Shown here: positions 11,244 to 21,600 of the stretch, piece after piece
How positions within the stretch are numbered: the stretch's first letter is position 1
Layout: each line of letters begins with the position of its first letter
Source of the DNA: an uncultured Acidobacteriota bacterium
Lineage (GTDB): Bacteria; Acidobacteriota; Vicinamibacteria; Vicinamibacterales; 2-12-FULL-66-21
Assembly (NCBI GenBank): GCA_963804245.1
Contig: CAWDPQ010000006.1
Location: forward strand, 186,546 to 250,545
Reading direction: 5' to 3'
DNA length: 64,000 nt
Program-made: the position numbers and the translations under genes
Notes under the pieces: model-generated
Databases searched by the model: none
Told to the model about the DNA's origin: nothing
What the model saw: only the letters and a program-made list of their open reading frames with translations

Positions 11244-13439
11244 ATGAGATGGCAGAAGGCTGCGCGCACAACAATCGCGATCGCGGTGGTGGTCTTCACC
11301 GCCGTGGTGTTCGTCGCGCTGCGCCGCGGTAGCAAGCGATCGAAACTGCCACCAACAACTCAGGGCGCACCGACGCCGAAGCCGAGACGCAAAGCCTCGG
11401 CGCGATCAACCTCAATCAGAAGCGAAGACGGCAAGCTGCTCTTCGCGCTACGCGCGACGGGACACACGACCTACCGGGACGGTCGCGTGAAGCTCAAGAA
11501 CGCCGAGCTGACGCTCCCTGACCGCGGCGGCCGGACTCTGCAGATTTCTTCGGTCGACATGGAAACAACCGCGCCGCCGGGGAAGCCGACCGAACTCGCA
11601 ACCGTGAAAGCCACAACCAACGTTCGGATGACGACGAGCGACGGCCTCGTCGTGACGACGGAGGCCGCCGACTTCGATCAGGCAAACGGAATGATCCGCG
11701 TCCCAGGTCAGGTCCAGTTCTCCCGTCAGCGCTTGAAGGGTACTGGGCTGGGTGCCAGCTACGATCAGGCACGCGAAGTACTTTGGCTCTTGAAAGACGC
11801 GCGCATCTCGATCGCGGCGGACGCAGAAGGTCAGGGAGCCGCCGAAGGCACCGCCGACTCCGCTGGATTCGCGCGATCCGAGCACTACGTCCGCATGACG
11901 GGCAACGCCAAGATCGACGGTGATGGCCGTCATACCGAAGCCGCCGACATCACCATCCAGTTGAGCGAAGACGAGAAGCGCGTCCAGACCGTGCAGCTAC
12001 GCGGCAACAGCCGGATCACGGGCACAGGAACCGGAACTGGCCCAACACAGAACATGGCGGCCCGTGACATCGACCTCACCTACGCGCCGGACGGCAAGGC
12101 GCTGCAGCAGGCGAGACTGATGGAGGGAGCATCCGTCCAGTTGCCCGGCCCACCTGGCGGTCCCGGCCGTCAGGTCGCTGGCCGCAACATGGTGATCGCG
12201 ATGGCTCCCGACGGGTCGACCGTGACCGCCCTGGATGCAACCGAGCAGGTGCAGGTCGACCTTCCGGCCGCCACCGACGCCCCGGCCCGGCGCATCACCT
12301 CCTCGTCGCTGACCGCCACGGGCCCTCCGGACGCCGGCCTGCAGAACGCGACCTTCACGGGCAATGCCGAGTTCCGGGAGACGCATCCCGGCGCTCGCGG
12401 CGCGCCAGCGTCGGAGCGGGTCGCCCGGTCGCAACGAATCATCGTCGAGACGAAGCCTGGCTTCGGCGACATCCAGCAGGCGGATTTCCGCGGGAACGTG
12501 CGCTTCGAGGACGGGGCGACGATCGGGGAAGCGCAGCGCGCCGTCTACAAGGTGGCCGGCGATTCGCTGCAGCTGATGCCATCAAACGGCGATCCTGGTC
12601 CGCCGCCCCGCCTGAACGACGAGCGCATGTCCGTCGATGCGCGCGCGCTCACGCTGGGACTGCAGACGCGGAAGCTCGTCGCCGAAAATACCGTTCGCAG
12701 TGCTCTCCAGCAGAGCAAGGGAGAAGGGCGTTCAGGTAGCAGCAAGGGGAAGGGCAATCAGAGCGAACAGCGCAGCAAGCTGCCCTCGATGTTGAAGTCT
12801 GACGAACCGGTTTTCGTCAACTCGAACAAGATGGAGTACGACGGAACATCTATCGCCGTATACACCGGCGACGCGCGGTTGTTTCAGGGACAGACGACCG
12901 TCATCGGCGAGGTGATCACCCTCGACGACAAAGCGGGCAACTTGACCGCGCGTGGAAACGTACGGACGGTGATGTTCTTCGATGACGTCGATCCCAAGAC
13001 GAAGGTGAAGAAGTCCACGCAAACGACCGGCACGGCAGACCAGTTGGTTTATGAAGACGCCAAGCGTCTCGCGACCTATACCACCGGACCGACGGCCAAC
13101 GCGCACATCGTCGGGCCGCAGGGAGATCTGACCGCTGAAAAGATCGAGCTGTTTCTGAAGGAGAAGGCGAACGAGCTGGAACGTGCGGAAGCGGATGGCA
13201 AGGTCGACGTCAAGGAAGGAGAGCGCCGCTCGCGAGGGGACCATCTGACCTACACGTCAGCCGATGAGTTGTACGTCATGAGGGGAAATCCCCTCGAGGC
13301 CGAACGCCGCGCGCCGGGCGAATGCTCGAAGACTCTCGGCGTGACGATGCGATTCCATCGCGGGGACGATACGCTGGTCGTCGATGGCATTCCGGGGGTC
13401 ACGCCGTTCAATACCAAGCCCATTCCTTGCTCCCACTGA
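11244..13439 (+). CDS. Large LptC/LptA (OstA-like beta-jellyroll) LPS export protein
   Basis: N-terminal TM helix, beta-rich repeats (YTGDARL, TARGNV, AEADGKV); directly upstream of lptB. Confidence 0.8.
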   Translation: MRWQKAARTTIAIAVVVFTAVVFVALRRGSKRSKLPPTTQGAPTPKPRRKASARSTSIRSEDGKLLFALRATGHTTYRDGRVKLKNAELTLPDRGGRTLQISSVDMETTAPPGKPTELATVKATTNVRMTTSDGLVVTTEAADFDQANGMIRVPGQVQFSRQRLKGTGLGASYDQAREVLWLLKDARISIAADAEGQGAAEGTADSAGFARSEHYVRMTGNAKIDGDGRHTEAADITIQLSEDEKRVQTVQLRGNSRITGTGTGTGPTQNMAARDIDLTYAPDGKALQQARLMEGASVQLPGPPGGPGRQVAGRNMVIAMAPDGSTVTALDATEQVQVDLPAATDAPARRITSSSLTATGPPDAGLQNATFTGNAEFRETHPGARGAPASERVARSQRIIVETKPGFGDIQQADFRGNVRFEDGATIGEAQRAVYKVAGDSLQLMPSNGDPGPPPRLNDERMSVDARALTLGLQTRKLVAENTVRSALQQSKGEGRSGSSKGKGNQSEQRSKLPSMLKSDEPVFVNSNKMEYDGTSIAVYTGDARLFQGQTTVIGEVITLDDKAGNLTARGNVRTVMFFDDVDPKTKVKKSTQTTGTADQLVYEDAKRLATYTTGPTANAHIVGPQGDLTAEKIELFLKEKANELERAEADGKVDVKEGERRSRGDHLTYTSADELYVMRGNPLEAERRAPGECSKTLGVTMRFHRGDDTLVVDGIPGVTPFNTKPIPCSH

Positions 13440-14165
13440 ATGGCGACGCTGAGAACAACGGATCTCACCAAGTCGTTCGGTGGCCGCACGGTCGTGCGCG
13501 GCGTCAGCGTCGAGATCTCATCCGGCGAAGTCGTGGGTCTGCTCGGCCCGAACGGCGCCGGCAAGACGACGACGTTCTCGATGGTGGTGGGCCTGGTATC
13601 GCCGGACTCGGGACGCGTGCTCCTCGACGGCAACGACGTGACCGAGGACCCGATGTACGTGCGCGCGCGCAAAGGCATCGGCTACCTGCCGCAGGAACCG
13701 TCGATCTTTCGCGGCCTCACCGTCGAACAGAACATTCAGGCGATTCTCGAAACGCTCGACCTGGATTCGTCGGGACGGCGCACGCGGCTGCGTGAGCTGC
13801 TGGCGGAGCTCGGCCTGACGCCGCTGGCCAAGTCGCCCGCTTACACGTTGTCGGGAGGAGAGCGTCGGCGCGTCGAGATCACGCGCGCCCTGGTCGTATC
13901 ACCCATGTTCATGCTGCTCGACGAACCATTCGCCGGCATCGACCCGATCGCCGTCACCGACATCCAGAAAATCATCTTCCACCTCAAGGACCGCGGCATC
14001 GGGGTGCTCGTCACTGACCACAATGTCCGTGAAACTCTGCGCATTACTGACCGCGCGTACATCGTGCACGACGGTGTAATTTTTCGCAGTGGAACGCCCG
14101 GAAAACTGGCCGCGGACGAGGATGTGAAGCGGATTTACCTCGGTCAAGACTTCCGATTGGACTAA
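13440..14165 (+). CDS. lptB: LPS export ABC ATPase
   Basis: [47 protein letters not shown]. Confidence 0.97.
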   Translation: MATLRTTDLTKSFGGRTVVRGVSVEISSGEVVGLLGPNGAGKTTTFSMVVGLVSPDSGRVLLDGNDVTEDPMYVRARKGIGYLPQEPSIFRGLTVEQNIQAILETLDLDSSGRRTRLRELLAELGLTPLAKSPAYTLSGGERRRVEITRALVVSPMFMLLDEPFAGIDPIAVTDIQKIIFHLKDRGIGVLVTDHNVRETLRITDRAYIVHDGVIFRSGTPGKLAADEDVKRIYLGQDFRLD

Positions 14166-14194
14166 GATTGGAAGGGTAGACCCGGTACCGGTAA

Positions 14195-15634
14195 ATGGCT
14201 ATTCAGCAGAAGCTTCACACCAAACTCGTTCAGAAGCTCATTCTGACGCCGTCGCTGCAGCAGGCCATCAAACTGCTGCCGATGTCGACCTTGGAGCTCG
14301 CCGACCTGCTGAACCAGGAGATGGTGGAGAACCCTCTGCTCGAGGAGGTCCCGACCGAGGAGCTGCAACCAGCGGAGCAGCAGCAGGCCGAAAAGCCAGA
14401 GGTCGAAAAACCGGCGGTTGACAAGACCGACTCGTGGGACGACGCCGATTACGAATATTTTTTCGGTGACTACCTGGACGACGGGTTTCGATCGCGCACA
14501 CCGTCGGAGGTCAAAGAGCTCCCACCGATTGAGAATACGCTTTCGACCGCCGCCTCGCTCTCGGATCACCTCCTGTGGCAGCTTTCGCTGCAGACCAAGC
14601 CGGACGACGAAGACCTGAAGGAGATTGGCGCCGCCATCATCGGTAACCTCGATGACGACGGCTATCTGGTCGCCTCCGTCGAAGAGATCGCGGCGATGGG
14701 TGACTGGCCGGTGTCGACCGTCGAACGGGCGCTGCAGCACGTGCAGACGTTCGATCCGATCGGCGTCGCCGCCCGCGATCTGCAGGAATGTCTCTGGCTG
14801 CAGATCCGGCACATCGGCCTCGAAGGAAGTCCGGCCGAGAAGATTGTCACCGAGCACCTGCGGCTGCTGCAAAACCATCAGGTTCCGGAAATCGCCCGCA
14901 AGCTCGGCATGTCGCTCGAGGATCTGAAGGAGCACATCGAGATCATCCGCAATCTCGACCCGAAGCCCGGCAGCCGTTACAACCCCTCGCAGTCGCAGTA
15001 CGTCATACCCGACGTCTACGTGGTCAAAGTCGAAGATCAGTACGTGGCGGCGCTGAACGAGGAGGGCCTCCCGCAGCTGAGAATCAGTCCGGTCTATCGG
15101 CGCCTGCTCGACAAGAGTGTTGCGGCGCCGGCCAACGACGAGACGCGCGCCTACGTGAAGGACAAGTTCCGCTCGGCGCTCTGGCTGATCAAGTCGGTCG
15201 ATCAGCGGCAGAAGACGATCCACAAGGTCGCCACCAGCATCATCAACTTCCAGCGCGAATTCCTGGATCACGGAATCGAATACCTGCGTCCGCTCGTGCT
15301 CCGCGACGTCGCCAACGACATCGGCATGCACGAATCCACCGTGAGCCGGGTGGTGAACAACAAATACATGCACACGCCGCAAGGCGTGTTCGAGATGAAG
15401 TACTTCTTCCACAGCGGAATCAGCAGCTCGTTCGGCGAGAGCGTCTCGTCGGTGACGATCAAGCAGCGGATCCGGAAGATCATCGAGAACGAGGACCCGC
15501 GCAAACCGCTGAGCGACTCCAAGATCGTCAGCATCCTGCAGAAGGAAGGATTGATGCTGGCGCGTCGCACCATCGCCAAGTACCGCGAGGAACTGAAGAT
15601 CCCGACCTCGAATCAGAGAAAGGTGCTCTTCTGA
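14195..15634 (+). CDS. rpoN: RNA polymerase sigma-54
   Basis: LQQAIKLL, HESTVSR, RpoN box ARRTIAKYRE. Confidence 0.98.
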   Translation: MAIQQKLHTKLVQKLILTPSLQQAIKLLPMSTLELADLLNQEMVENPLLEEVPTEELQPAEQQQAEKPEVEKPAVDKTDSWDDADYEYFFGDYLDDGFRSRTPSEVKELPPIENTLSTAASLSDHLLWQLSLQTKPDDEDLKEIGAAIIGNLDDDGYLVASVEEIAAMGDWPVSTVERALQHVQTFDPIGVAARDLQECLWLQIRHIGLEGSPAEKIVTEHLRLLQNHQVPEIARKLGMSLEDLKEHIEIIRNLDPKPGSRYNPSQSQYVIPDVYVVKVEDQYVAALNEEGLPQLRISPVYRRLLDKSVAAPANDETRAYVKDKFRSALWLIKSVDQRQKTIHKVATSIINFQREFLDHGIEYLRPLVLRDVANDIGMHESTVSRVVNNKYMHTPQGVFEMKYFFHSGISSSFGESVSSVTIKQRIRKIIENEDPRKPLSDSKIVSILQKEGLMLARRTIAKYREELKIPTSNQRKVLF

Positions 15635-15650
15635 AATGGCGCTGAGCGAA

Positions 15651-15706
15651 GCTGGCGGCTGGCAGCTGCAGGCTGGAGGCTCGCGGCTGGAAGCTGGACG
15701 CTGAGT
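15651..15706 (+). repeat. Heptamer tandem array (GCTGGNN-like x8)
   Basis: GCTGGCG GCTGGCA GCTGCAG GCTGGAG GCTCGCG GCTGGAA GCTGGAC GCTGAGT. Confidence 0.85.
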
Positions 15707-15707
15707 T

Positions 15708-16241
15708 ATGCGCGTCGATGTCACTGGCCGTCACGTCGAGATCACCGATCCTCTCCGCCAGCTCATTTCCGATCGGCTCGCCAAGCTCGAACGCGTCCTC
15801 AACGACAATGCTCTCTCCGCGCACGTGATCCTGACGAAGGAAAAGTATCGCCATCGCACCGAGATGGTGATCCATGCCCGCGGCGATCACATGATGCGGG
15901 GCCTGGGTGAAGGCAACGCCTGGCCGGCGTCGGTTCGTCAGGCGGCGGCCAAGATCGAGCAGCAGGCGCTGACGCTGAAAGGCAAATGGGCGGGACGTAA
16001 GTCGCGCGCTGGGCGCCGGCGCCCCGTGGCTGACGGCGGCGGGGACGACGTGCCGCAGCCTCGGGCCCGGATCGTACGAGCGAAGAGGTATCCGGTGAAG
16101 CCGATGACGATCGAGGATGCCGCGCTGCGCGTCGATCAGCAGCAGGAGACGTTCGTCGTCTTCCGCAACTCGGACACCGAAGGCATCAGCATTCTTTACC
16201 GGCGGAAGGACGGCAACCTCGGTCTCATTGAGCCAGACTGA
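15708..16241 (+). CDS. hpf: Long-form ribosome hibernation promoting factor
   Basis: VTGRHVEITDPLR N-terminus; KPMTIEDA...YRRKDGNLGLIE C-terminal domain; follows rpoN. Confidence 0.93.
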   Translation: MRVDVTGRHVEITDPLRQLISDRLAKLERVLNDNALSAHVILTKEKYRHRTEMVIHARGDHMMRGLGEGNAWPASVRQAAAKIEQQALTLKGKWAGRKSRAGRRRPVADGGGDDVPQPRARIVRAKRYPVKPMTIEDAALRVDQQQETFVVFRNSDTEGISILYRRKDGNLGLIEPD

Positions 16242-16272
16242 GATCGCGCCCGTTCGAGGTGCGATCGAAGCG

Positions 16273-17274
16273 ATGTCAGAATCCACGCAGCCCGCCAGCG
16301 TCACCATTGCCACTCTGCTGAAGGACGTTCAGTCAACGCCCGAAAGTGCATTCGATTTGGAATTGATCGCCGGCAGCACCGGCTTGCCGCGGCGTATCAC
16401 CAACTCTCAGCCGCAAAAAACCGGGCTGGCCCTGGCCGGGTTCGACGGCTACCTGCGCCCCGGCCGCGCATTGATCCTGGGCGAGAGTGAGATCCGCTAC
16501 CTCGAGTCGCTCGGCAGCGACGCCTGCCGCGACACGCTCGGACGCGTCCTCTCCCACGATCTCCCGTGCATCGTCGTCACCCAAGGACTCGCCGCGCCCC
16601 CGGCGCTGCTGGAGGCGGCGGATCGGCACGGCGTGCCGGTTCTCACGACGAAGGCGGCAACGCCGGAGGCCATGGCTAGGCTGATCACCGTCCTCGACAG
16701 CCGCCTGGCGGCGCGGACCATGGTCCACGGCGTGTTGATGGATATCCTCGGCCTCGGCGTCCTGGTGATCGGAGAGAGCGGCATCGGCAAGAGCGAGTGC
16801 GCGCTCGACCTGATCGTGCGCGGCCATCGTCTCGTGGCTGATGATGCCGTCGAGCTGCGCTGCCGCGCTGCAGCGTTCGTGCTCGGCAGGTCGCCGGATG
16901 CCAGCCGCCAGCACATGGAGATCCGCGGACTGGGTCTCATCAACGTGCAGGATCTGTTCGGCGTCGCCTCGACCCGCACCTCCAAGCGCGTGGAGCTGGT
17001 GGTGCAGCTCGAACGGTGGGAACCGGGCCGCGAGTACGACCGGCTGGGCCTCGACGACCAGCGGTACGAGGTGTTGGGCGTCCGCATCCCCATGATTCGC
17101 ATGCCGGTCGCTCCGGGTCGGAACGTCGCGATCCTGGTCGAAGTCGCGGCACGCAACCAGTTGCTCAAGTCGCGTGGTCACAACGCCGCCGAGCGACTCG
17201 TCAAGAAGCTCGACCGCCGTCTGGACGAACACGCTGTCACCGACGTCGTCGACGTCGATCAGGAGGAGTGCTAA
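16273..17274 (+). CDS. hprK: HPr kinase/phosphorylase (full length)
   Basis: HGVLMDI, GESGIGKSECALDL, LVADD, MEIRGLG, PVAPGRN. Confidence 0.96.
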   Translation: MSESTQPASVTIATLLKDVQSTPESAFDLELIAGSTGLPRRITNSQPQKTGLALAGFDGYLRPGRALILGESEIRYLESLGSDACRDTLGRVLSHDLPCIVVTQGLAAPPALLEAADRHGVPVLTTKAATPEAMARLITVLDSRLAARTMVHGVLMDILGLGVLVIGESGIGKSECALDLIVRGHRLVADDAVELRCRAAAFVLGRSPDASRQHMEIRGLGLINVQDLFGVASTRTSKRVELVVQLERWEPGREYDRLGLDDQRYEVLGVRIPMIRMPVAPGRNVAILVEVAARNQLLKSRGHNAAERLVKKLDRRLDEHAVTDVVDVDQEEC

Positions 17275-18188
17275 TGCGAGAAAAGCGCCACGCGGCCCGG
17301 CGTGCGGCGCGGACCGCGGTCACGTCCCGCTTCGTCGTGCTGACCGGCCTTTCGGGATCCGGCAAGTCGCAGGCAATCCGCGCGCTCGAGGATCTCGGCT
17401 ACTTCTGCGTCGACAACCTGCCGGTGATGCTCCTGCCGATGCTTGCGGAACTGACGCTGCGGGCCGGGACCGAAATCGCCCGCGCTGCCGTCGTCGTCGA
17501 CGTCCGTGAAGGAAAGCTCCTTCGAGAGTTCCCCGGTATTTACCGGAAGATGAAGGCCATCCGCGGCCTCAACCCCGTTCTGATCTTCCTGGAATCGACG
17601 GAAGAGACGCTGGTCCGCCGCTTCAGCGAAACGAGAAGGCCGCACCCGCTCGCGCCGGATCGCTCCGCCCTCGAAGGCATCAGGGAAGAGAAAAAGGCGA
17701 TGCGGGCGATCCGCCGGCTCGCCGACCACATCGTCGACACGTCGGAGATGACGGTGCACGAGCTGCGTCATGCCTTCACCAACGTGGGGAGCGGCCGCGC
17801 GCCCGGGTCGCAGCTCGTCGTGACTGTCCTGAGCTTCGGGTTCAAGCACGGGATACCGGTCGATTCCGATCTGCTGTTCGACGTCCGCTTTCTGCCGAAC
17901 CCGCATTTCGTGCCGGAGCTTCGTCCGCACACGGGCCGCGACCCGAGGGTCGTCGAATTTCTCGATCGCGCCCCGGCCACGCACGAGTTCCTCGACCATA
18001 CCCTCAACCTGTTGAAGTTTCTCGTCCCCCAGTACGTGACCGAGGGAAAGTCGTATCTGACCGTGGGCATCGGCTGCACTGGCGGACGCCACCGCTCTGT
18101 CGCGATTGCCGAGGCACTGAAGAAGGGTCTGTCCGGCATCCCCGGCGTGCGCGTGCGCGTGAAGCACCGGGATATCGCTAATGAGTGA
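17274..18188 (+). CDS. rapZ: RNase adapter RapZ/YvcJ
   Basis: TGLSGSGKS, CVDNLP, SFGFKHG, DVRFLPNPH, GCTGGRHRSV. Confidence 0.96.
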   Translation: MREKRHAARRAARTAVTSRFVVLTGLSGSGKSQAIRALEDLGYFCVDNLPVMLLPMLAELTLRAGTEIARAAVVVDVREGKLLREFPGIYRKMKAIRGLNPVLIFLESTEETLVRRFSETRRPHPLAPDRSALEGIREEKKAMRAIRRLADHIVDTSEMTVHELRHAFTNVGSGRAPGSQLVVTVLSFGFKHGIPVDSDLLFDVRFLPNPHFVPELRPHTGRDPRVVEFLDRAPATHEFLDHTLNLLKFLVPQYVTEGKSYLTVGIGCTGGRHRSVAIAEALKKGLSGIPGVRVRVKHRDIANE

Positions 18189-18606
18189 CACGATGAAGGT
18201 CGGAGTGGTTGTCGTCACGCACGGACAGCTTGCCACCGAGCTCGTCAACTCGGTCGAGATGATCGTCGGCGACCTGCCTCACGTCGCCGCCGTCTCGATC
18301 GGATGGCACGACGACGCGGATAGGGCCCGCGAGGAAATCAGTCAGGCCATCGCCCGCGTCGACAACGAAGAGCTCGCGGGCGTCCTCGTGCTCACGGACA
18401 TGTTCGGAGGCACGCCGACGAATCTGGCGGTCACGCTCGTGACGTCACGCGTTGAAGTGATCACCGGCGTCAATCTGCCGATGCTCCTCAAGCTCGCGCG
18501 TCCACAGAAGCCGACGGACCTGGCAAGCCTCGCCCGCGACATGCGCGAGCACGGGCGCAATGCCATCTGGGTCGCGTCGGAGCTGCTGCGGGGAGAGACG
18601 GCATGA
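18181..18606 (+). CDS. PTS EIIA, mannose/fructose type
   Basis: VVTHG, LTDMFGGTP, GVNLPML. Confidence 0.93.
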   Translation: MSDTMKVGVVVVTHGQLATELVNSVEMIVGDLPHVAAVSIGWHDDADRAREEISQAIARVDNEELAGVLVLTDMFGGTPTNLAVTLVTSRVEVITGVNLPMLLKLARPQKPTDLASLARDMREHGRNAIWVASELLRGETA

Positions 18607-18881
18607 CCTCGTGCGAGGTGCCGATTACGAACACGCTCGGCATGCACGCACGCGCGGCCGCTCGTTTCGTACATGCCGCCACCGCCTTCTCGTCGCACAT
18701 ACGCGTGGGGTGCAAGGGCCGGGAAATCGACGGCAAGAGCATCATGGGCCTCCTTCTGTTGGCGGCCGCGCGGGGTACGACGATTGTCATTACTGCCGAT
18801 GGCCGGGACGAGGCCGGAGCCGTGGCGGCTTTGAAAACGCTCGTCGAGCGTGGCTTCGAAGAGGATGCGTCATGCGCTTGA
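18603..18881 (+). CDS. ptsH: Phosphocarrier HPr
   Basis: GMHARAAA (His15), DGKSIMGL (Ser46). Confidence 0.95.
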   Translation: MTSCEVPITNTLGMHARAAARFVHAATAFSSHIRVGCKGREIDGKSIMGLLLLAAARGTTIVITADGRDEAGAVAALKTLVERGFEEDASCA

Positions 18882-20620
18882 CGGGACTGGGAGTTTCACC
18901 GGGCGTCGGAATCGGGCGCGCGCTCGTGCTGAAGCGAGGCACGCCCTTGAGGTTCCGTGTCCCGGAATCGCTCGTTCCTCGCGAACTGGAACGTCTGGAC
19001 GTGGCCCGCACTCGGTCGCGCGAACAGCTTCGGGAGATCAAGGCGCGCATGGCGCACGCGGCAGGCAGCGAACATGCCTACCTCTTCGACGCGCAATTGC
19101 TGATGCTCGACGACGCGATGCTGAACGAACGGGCGGCGGCTATCGTCCGCGACGAGCGCCTCAATGCCGAGTCCGCACTTCAGCGCGCGCTCGATGAGAT
19201 CTCCGCGTATTTCGACAACGTCGAGGATCCGTATCTGCGCGAGCGCAAAGGGGACGTCGCAGACGTGGTCGGCCGTCTGTCCAAGAACCTCCGCGACTCG
19301 GCGGAACCATCCGATCTCTTCCAGCAGCTGGACGGCCCGTTAGTGCTCGTCGCGGACGAAATCACCCCGTCGGTCATCGCGCAGCTGGATTGGCAACGGC
19401 TCGCGGCGCTTGTCACCGACGCCGGGAGCTGGACCTACCACACGGCCATTCTGGCCCGGTCGATCGGAGTGCCCGCCGTCGCCGGTCTCCACAACGCCAG
19501 CGCCGTCATCGCGCCGGGTGCTGCAGTCGCGGTGGACGGCGTAACAGGCGAGGTCATCGTCGAGCCGGACGATGAGCAGCTGGCCACCGCTCGCGTCCGT
19601 CAGCGGCGGCGGGAAGCGCACGAGCACGAACTGGACTCGTACCGCCGCCTGCCGGCGGTCACGGAAGACGGCGTCGCGATCCGGCTGGAGGCCAACGTCG
19701 AGGCGCCGAATGACGCGGCCCGGGCACTGGAACAGGGAGCCGAGGGGATCGGGCTGTTCCGGTCGGAGTTTCTGCTGGCCGGGGCCGGTCATGCCGCCTT
19801 GACGGAGGAGATGCAGTACCAGGCGTATCGACGGCTGATCGATTCCGCCGGTGGACGCCGCGTGACGGTGCGGACCTTCGACGTGAGCGAACCGCAGCTG
19901 CGGCTCGAGCACGGCGGAACAGGCACGCGCTCACCGCTCGGGCTGCGCGGCATACGTCTCAGCCTCACGCACGACGACACCTTCCAGGTCCAGCTGCGTG
20001 CGCTGCTGCGCGCCGCCGCGCACGGGCCGCTGAGAATCATGTTTCCCTTCGTCGCCGGCGTCGCCGAATTGCGCGCCGGCCGGGCGGCGGTGGCCCGCGC
20101 TGCCGATACGTTGCTGTCGCGCGGCGAGAACATCCCGCCCGTGCCGATCGGCGTCATGATCGAAGTGCCGTCGGCGGCGTTGACGGCCGACCTGCTCGCC
20201 GAGGAGGCGGATTTCTTCAGCGTCGGCACGAACGATCTGATTCAGGTACCTGCCTGGCGGTCGATCGCACCGACGACCGCGTGTCACGGCTGTACGAGCC
20301 GCTGCACCCGGCGATCCTGCGAACGGTGCGCCTCGTCGCCCGCGCCGGACGCCGCCGCGATGTGCCGGTGGCGGTCTGCGGCGAGATGGCGGCGGATCCG
20401 GTGCTGCTGACGCTGCTCGTCGGACTGGGACTGCGAGAGTTCAGCATGGCACCTATTGCAATTCCGCTGGCGAAACAGGTGCTCAGGAGCCTCCGCGTGG
20501 AGGACGCCCAGGCGATCGCGCGGAGCTCGCTGCGCGCTCACACGGCGGCGGACGTCGAGAAAGTCGCTGCAAGGGGACAGTCACCTTTTTGCGAGATCGG
20601 ACAGTCCGGCAAAAAGGTGA
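18872..20620 (+). CDS. ptsI: PTS enzyme I (frameshift near 20245; true stop uncertain)
   Basis: GVSPGVGIG, HTAILARS, GIGLFRSEF, RTFD, GVMIEVP, SVGTNDL, then VCGEMAADP in ORF 20281; end placed at the +1-frame TGA 20618-20620 by inference. Confidence 0.9.
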
Positions 20621-20630
20621 CTGTCCCCTT
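20571..20630. repeat. Perfect 22-bp inverted repeat with GGGGACAG ends (MITE/TIR-like)
   Basis: AAGGGGACAGTCACCTTTTTGC-16 nt-GCAAAAAGGTGACTGTCCCCTT. Confidence 0.9.
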
Positions 20631-20652
20631 TTTACAGATTGGGGAAACCAAG

Positions 20653-21003
20653 GTGGCCGACGTGACTCGTGTAGACAAACCGTGGGGCTACGAACTGCAC
20701 TGGGCGAAGACGGATCGATACGTGGGGAAGCTCATTCACGTCAATGCCGGCCATGCGCTCAGCCTCCAGTACCACAACCAGAAGGACGAGACCATTTTCC
20801 TCTGGTCGGGCCGGATGCTGTTCGAGATCAAGGAAGGGGACGAGCTCGTCAAGCGCGAGATGAAGCCTGGAGAATCCGTTCACGTCACCCCCAAAACCGT
20901 GCACCGCATGACCGCGATCGAGGACTGCGACATCTTCGAGGTCTCGACTCCGGAGCTCCACGACGTGGTGCGTTTAGAGGATCGCTACGGCCGCGTCACG
21001 TAG
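20653..21003 (+). CDS. Cupin-domain protein (mannose-6-phosphate isomerase C-terminal-like)
   Basis: KPWG, LSLQYH..KDET, HRM, EVSTPELHDVVRLEDRYGR. Confidence 0.88.
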   Translation: MADVTRVDKPWGYELHWAKTDRYVGKLIHVNAGHALSLQYHNQKDETIFLWSGRMLFEIKEGDELVKREMKPGESVHVTPKTVHRMTAIEDCDIFEVSTPELHDVVRLEDRYGRVT

Positions 21004-21046
21004 CCGAAACTGCGTACTCCGCGCCGGCGCACCCGTCAAACATCGC

Positions 21047-21078
21047 AATTGACGAGGATCGTCGCGTGGTTCCACAAT
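21047..21078 (+). promoter_or_regulatory. Sigma70-like promoter of ssb
   Basis: TTGACG-18-CACAAT. Confidence 0.5.
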
Positions 21079-21138
21079 GGCGGCGCTTTTGAAGAACTGT
21101 GAACCCGAACCGCGAACCGGTAAGGAAGGACTCGTCGA

Positions 21139-21591
21139 ATGGGCAGTGTGAACAAAGTCATCCTGGTGGGCAATCTCGGGAGAGATGCGGAGCTGCGCTA
21201 CACGCCGGGAGGATCCCCGGTGGCCACGCTGAACCTCGCAACCACCGAGGTCTGGAACGACAAGGCCGGCCAGCGCCAGGAGAAAACCGAGTGGCACCGC
21301 GTCGTCCTGTGGGGCAAGACGGCTGAATCGCTGTCCGAATATCTGATCAAAGGCAAACAGCTGTACGTCGAAGGACGCCTGCAGACGCGTCAGTGGGACG
21401 ACAAGGATGGCAACAAGCGCTACACGACCGAGATCCGCGGCGATCGCATCGTGCTGCTTGGTGGCGGGGGCGGGGGGGGAGGCGGACGCCAGGCCGTGCG
21501 GGCGGGAGCCGGTGCCAGTGCCGGCGCGCCCATGGACGAGCACATGGGCGAACCGGTCTCCGAACTGAGCGACGACGATATTCCGTTCTAG
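21139..21591 (+). CDS. ssb: Single-stranded DNA-binding protein
   Basis: [24 protein letters not shown] tail. Confidence 0.98.
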   Translation: MGSVNKVILVGNLGRDAELRYTPGGSPVATLNLATTEVWNDKAGQRQEKTEWHRVVLWGKTAESLSEYLIKGKQLYVEGRLQTRQWDDKDGNKRYTTEIRGDRIVLLGGGGGGGGGRQAVRAGAGASAGAPMDEHMGEPVSELSDDDIPF

Positions 21592-21600
21592 CGAGGCTCG

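Noticed and set aside
15651-15706. CRISPR array or Chi-site cluster
   Set aside because: Period is 7 nt with no spacers, no cas genes and no exact GCTGGTGG.
21094-21120. GAAC repeats upstream of ssb as a LexA box (GAAC-N7-GAAC)
   Set aside because: Spacings are 7, 6 and 7 nt rather than 11; it looks like another short-period array.
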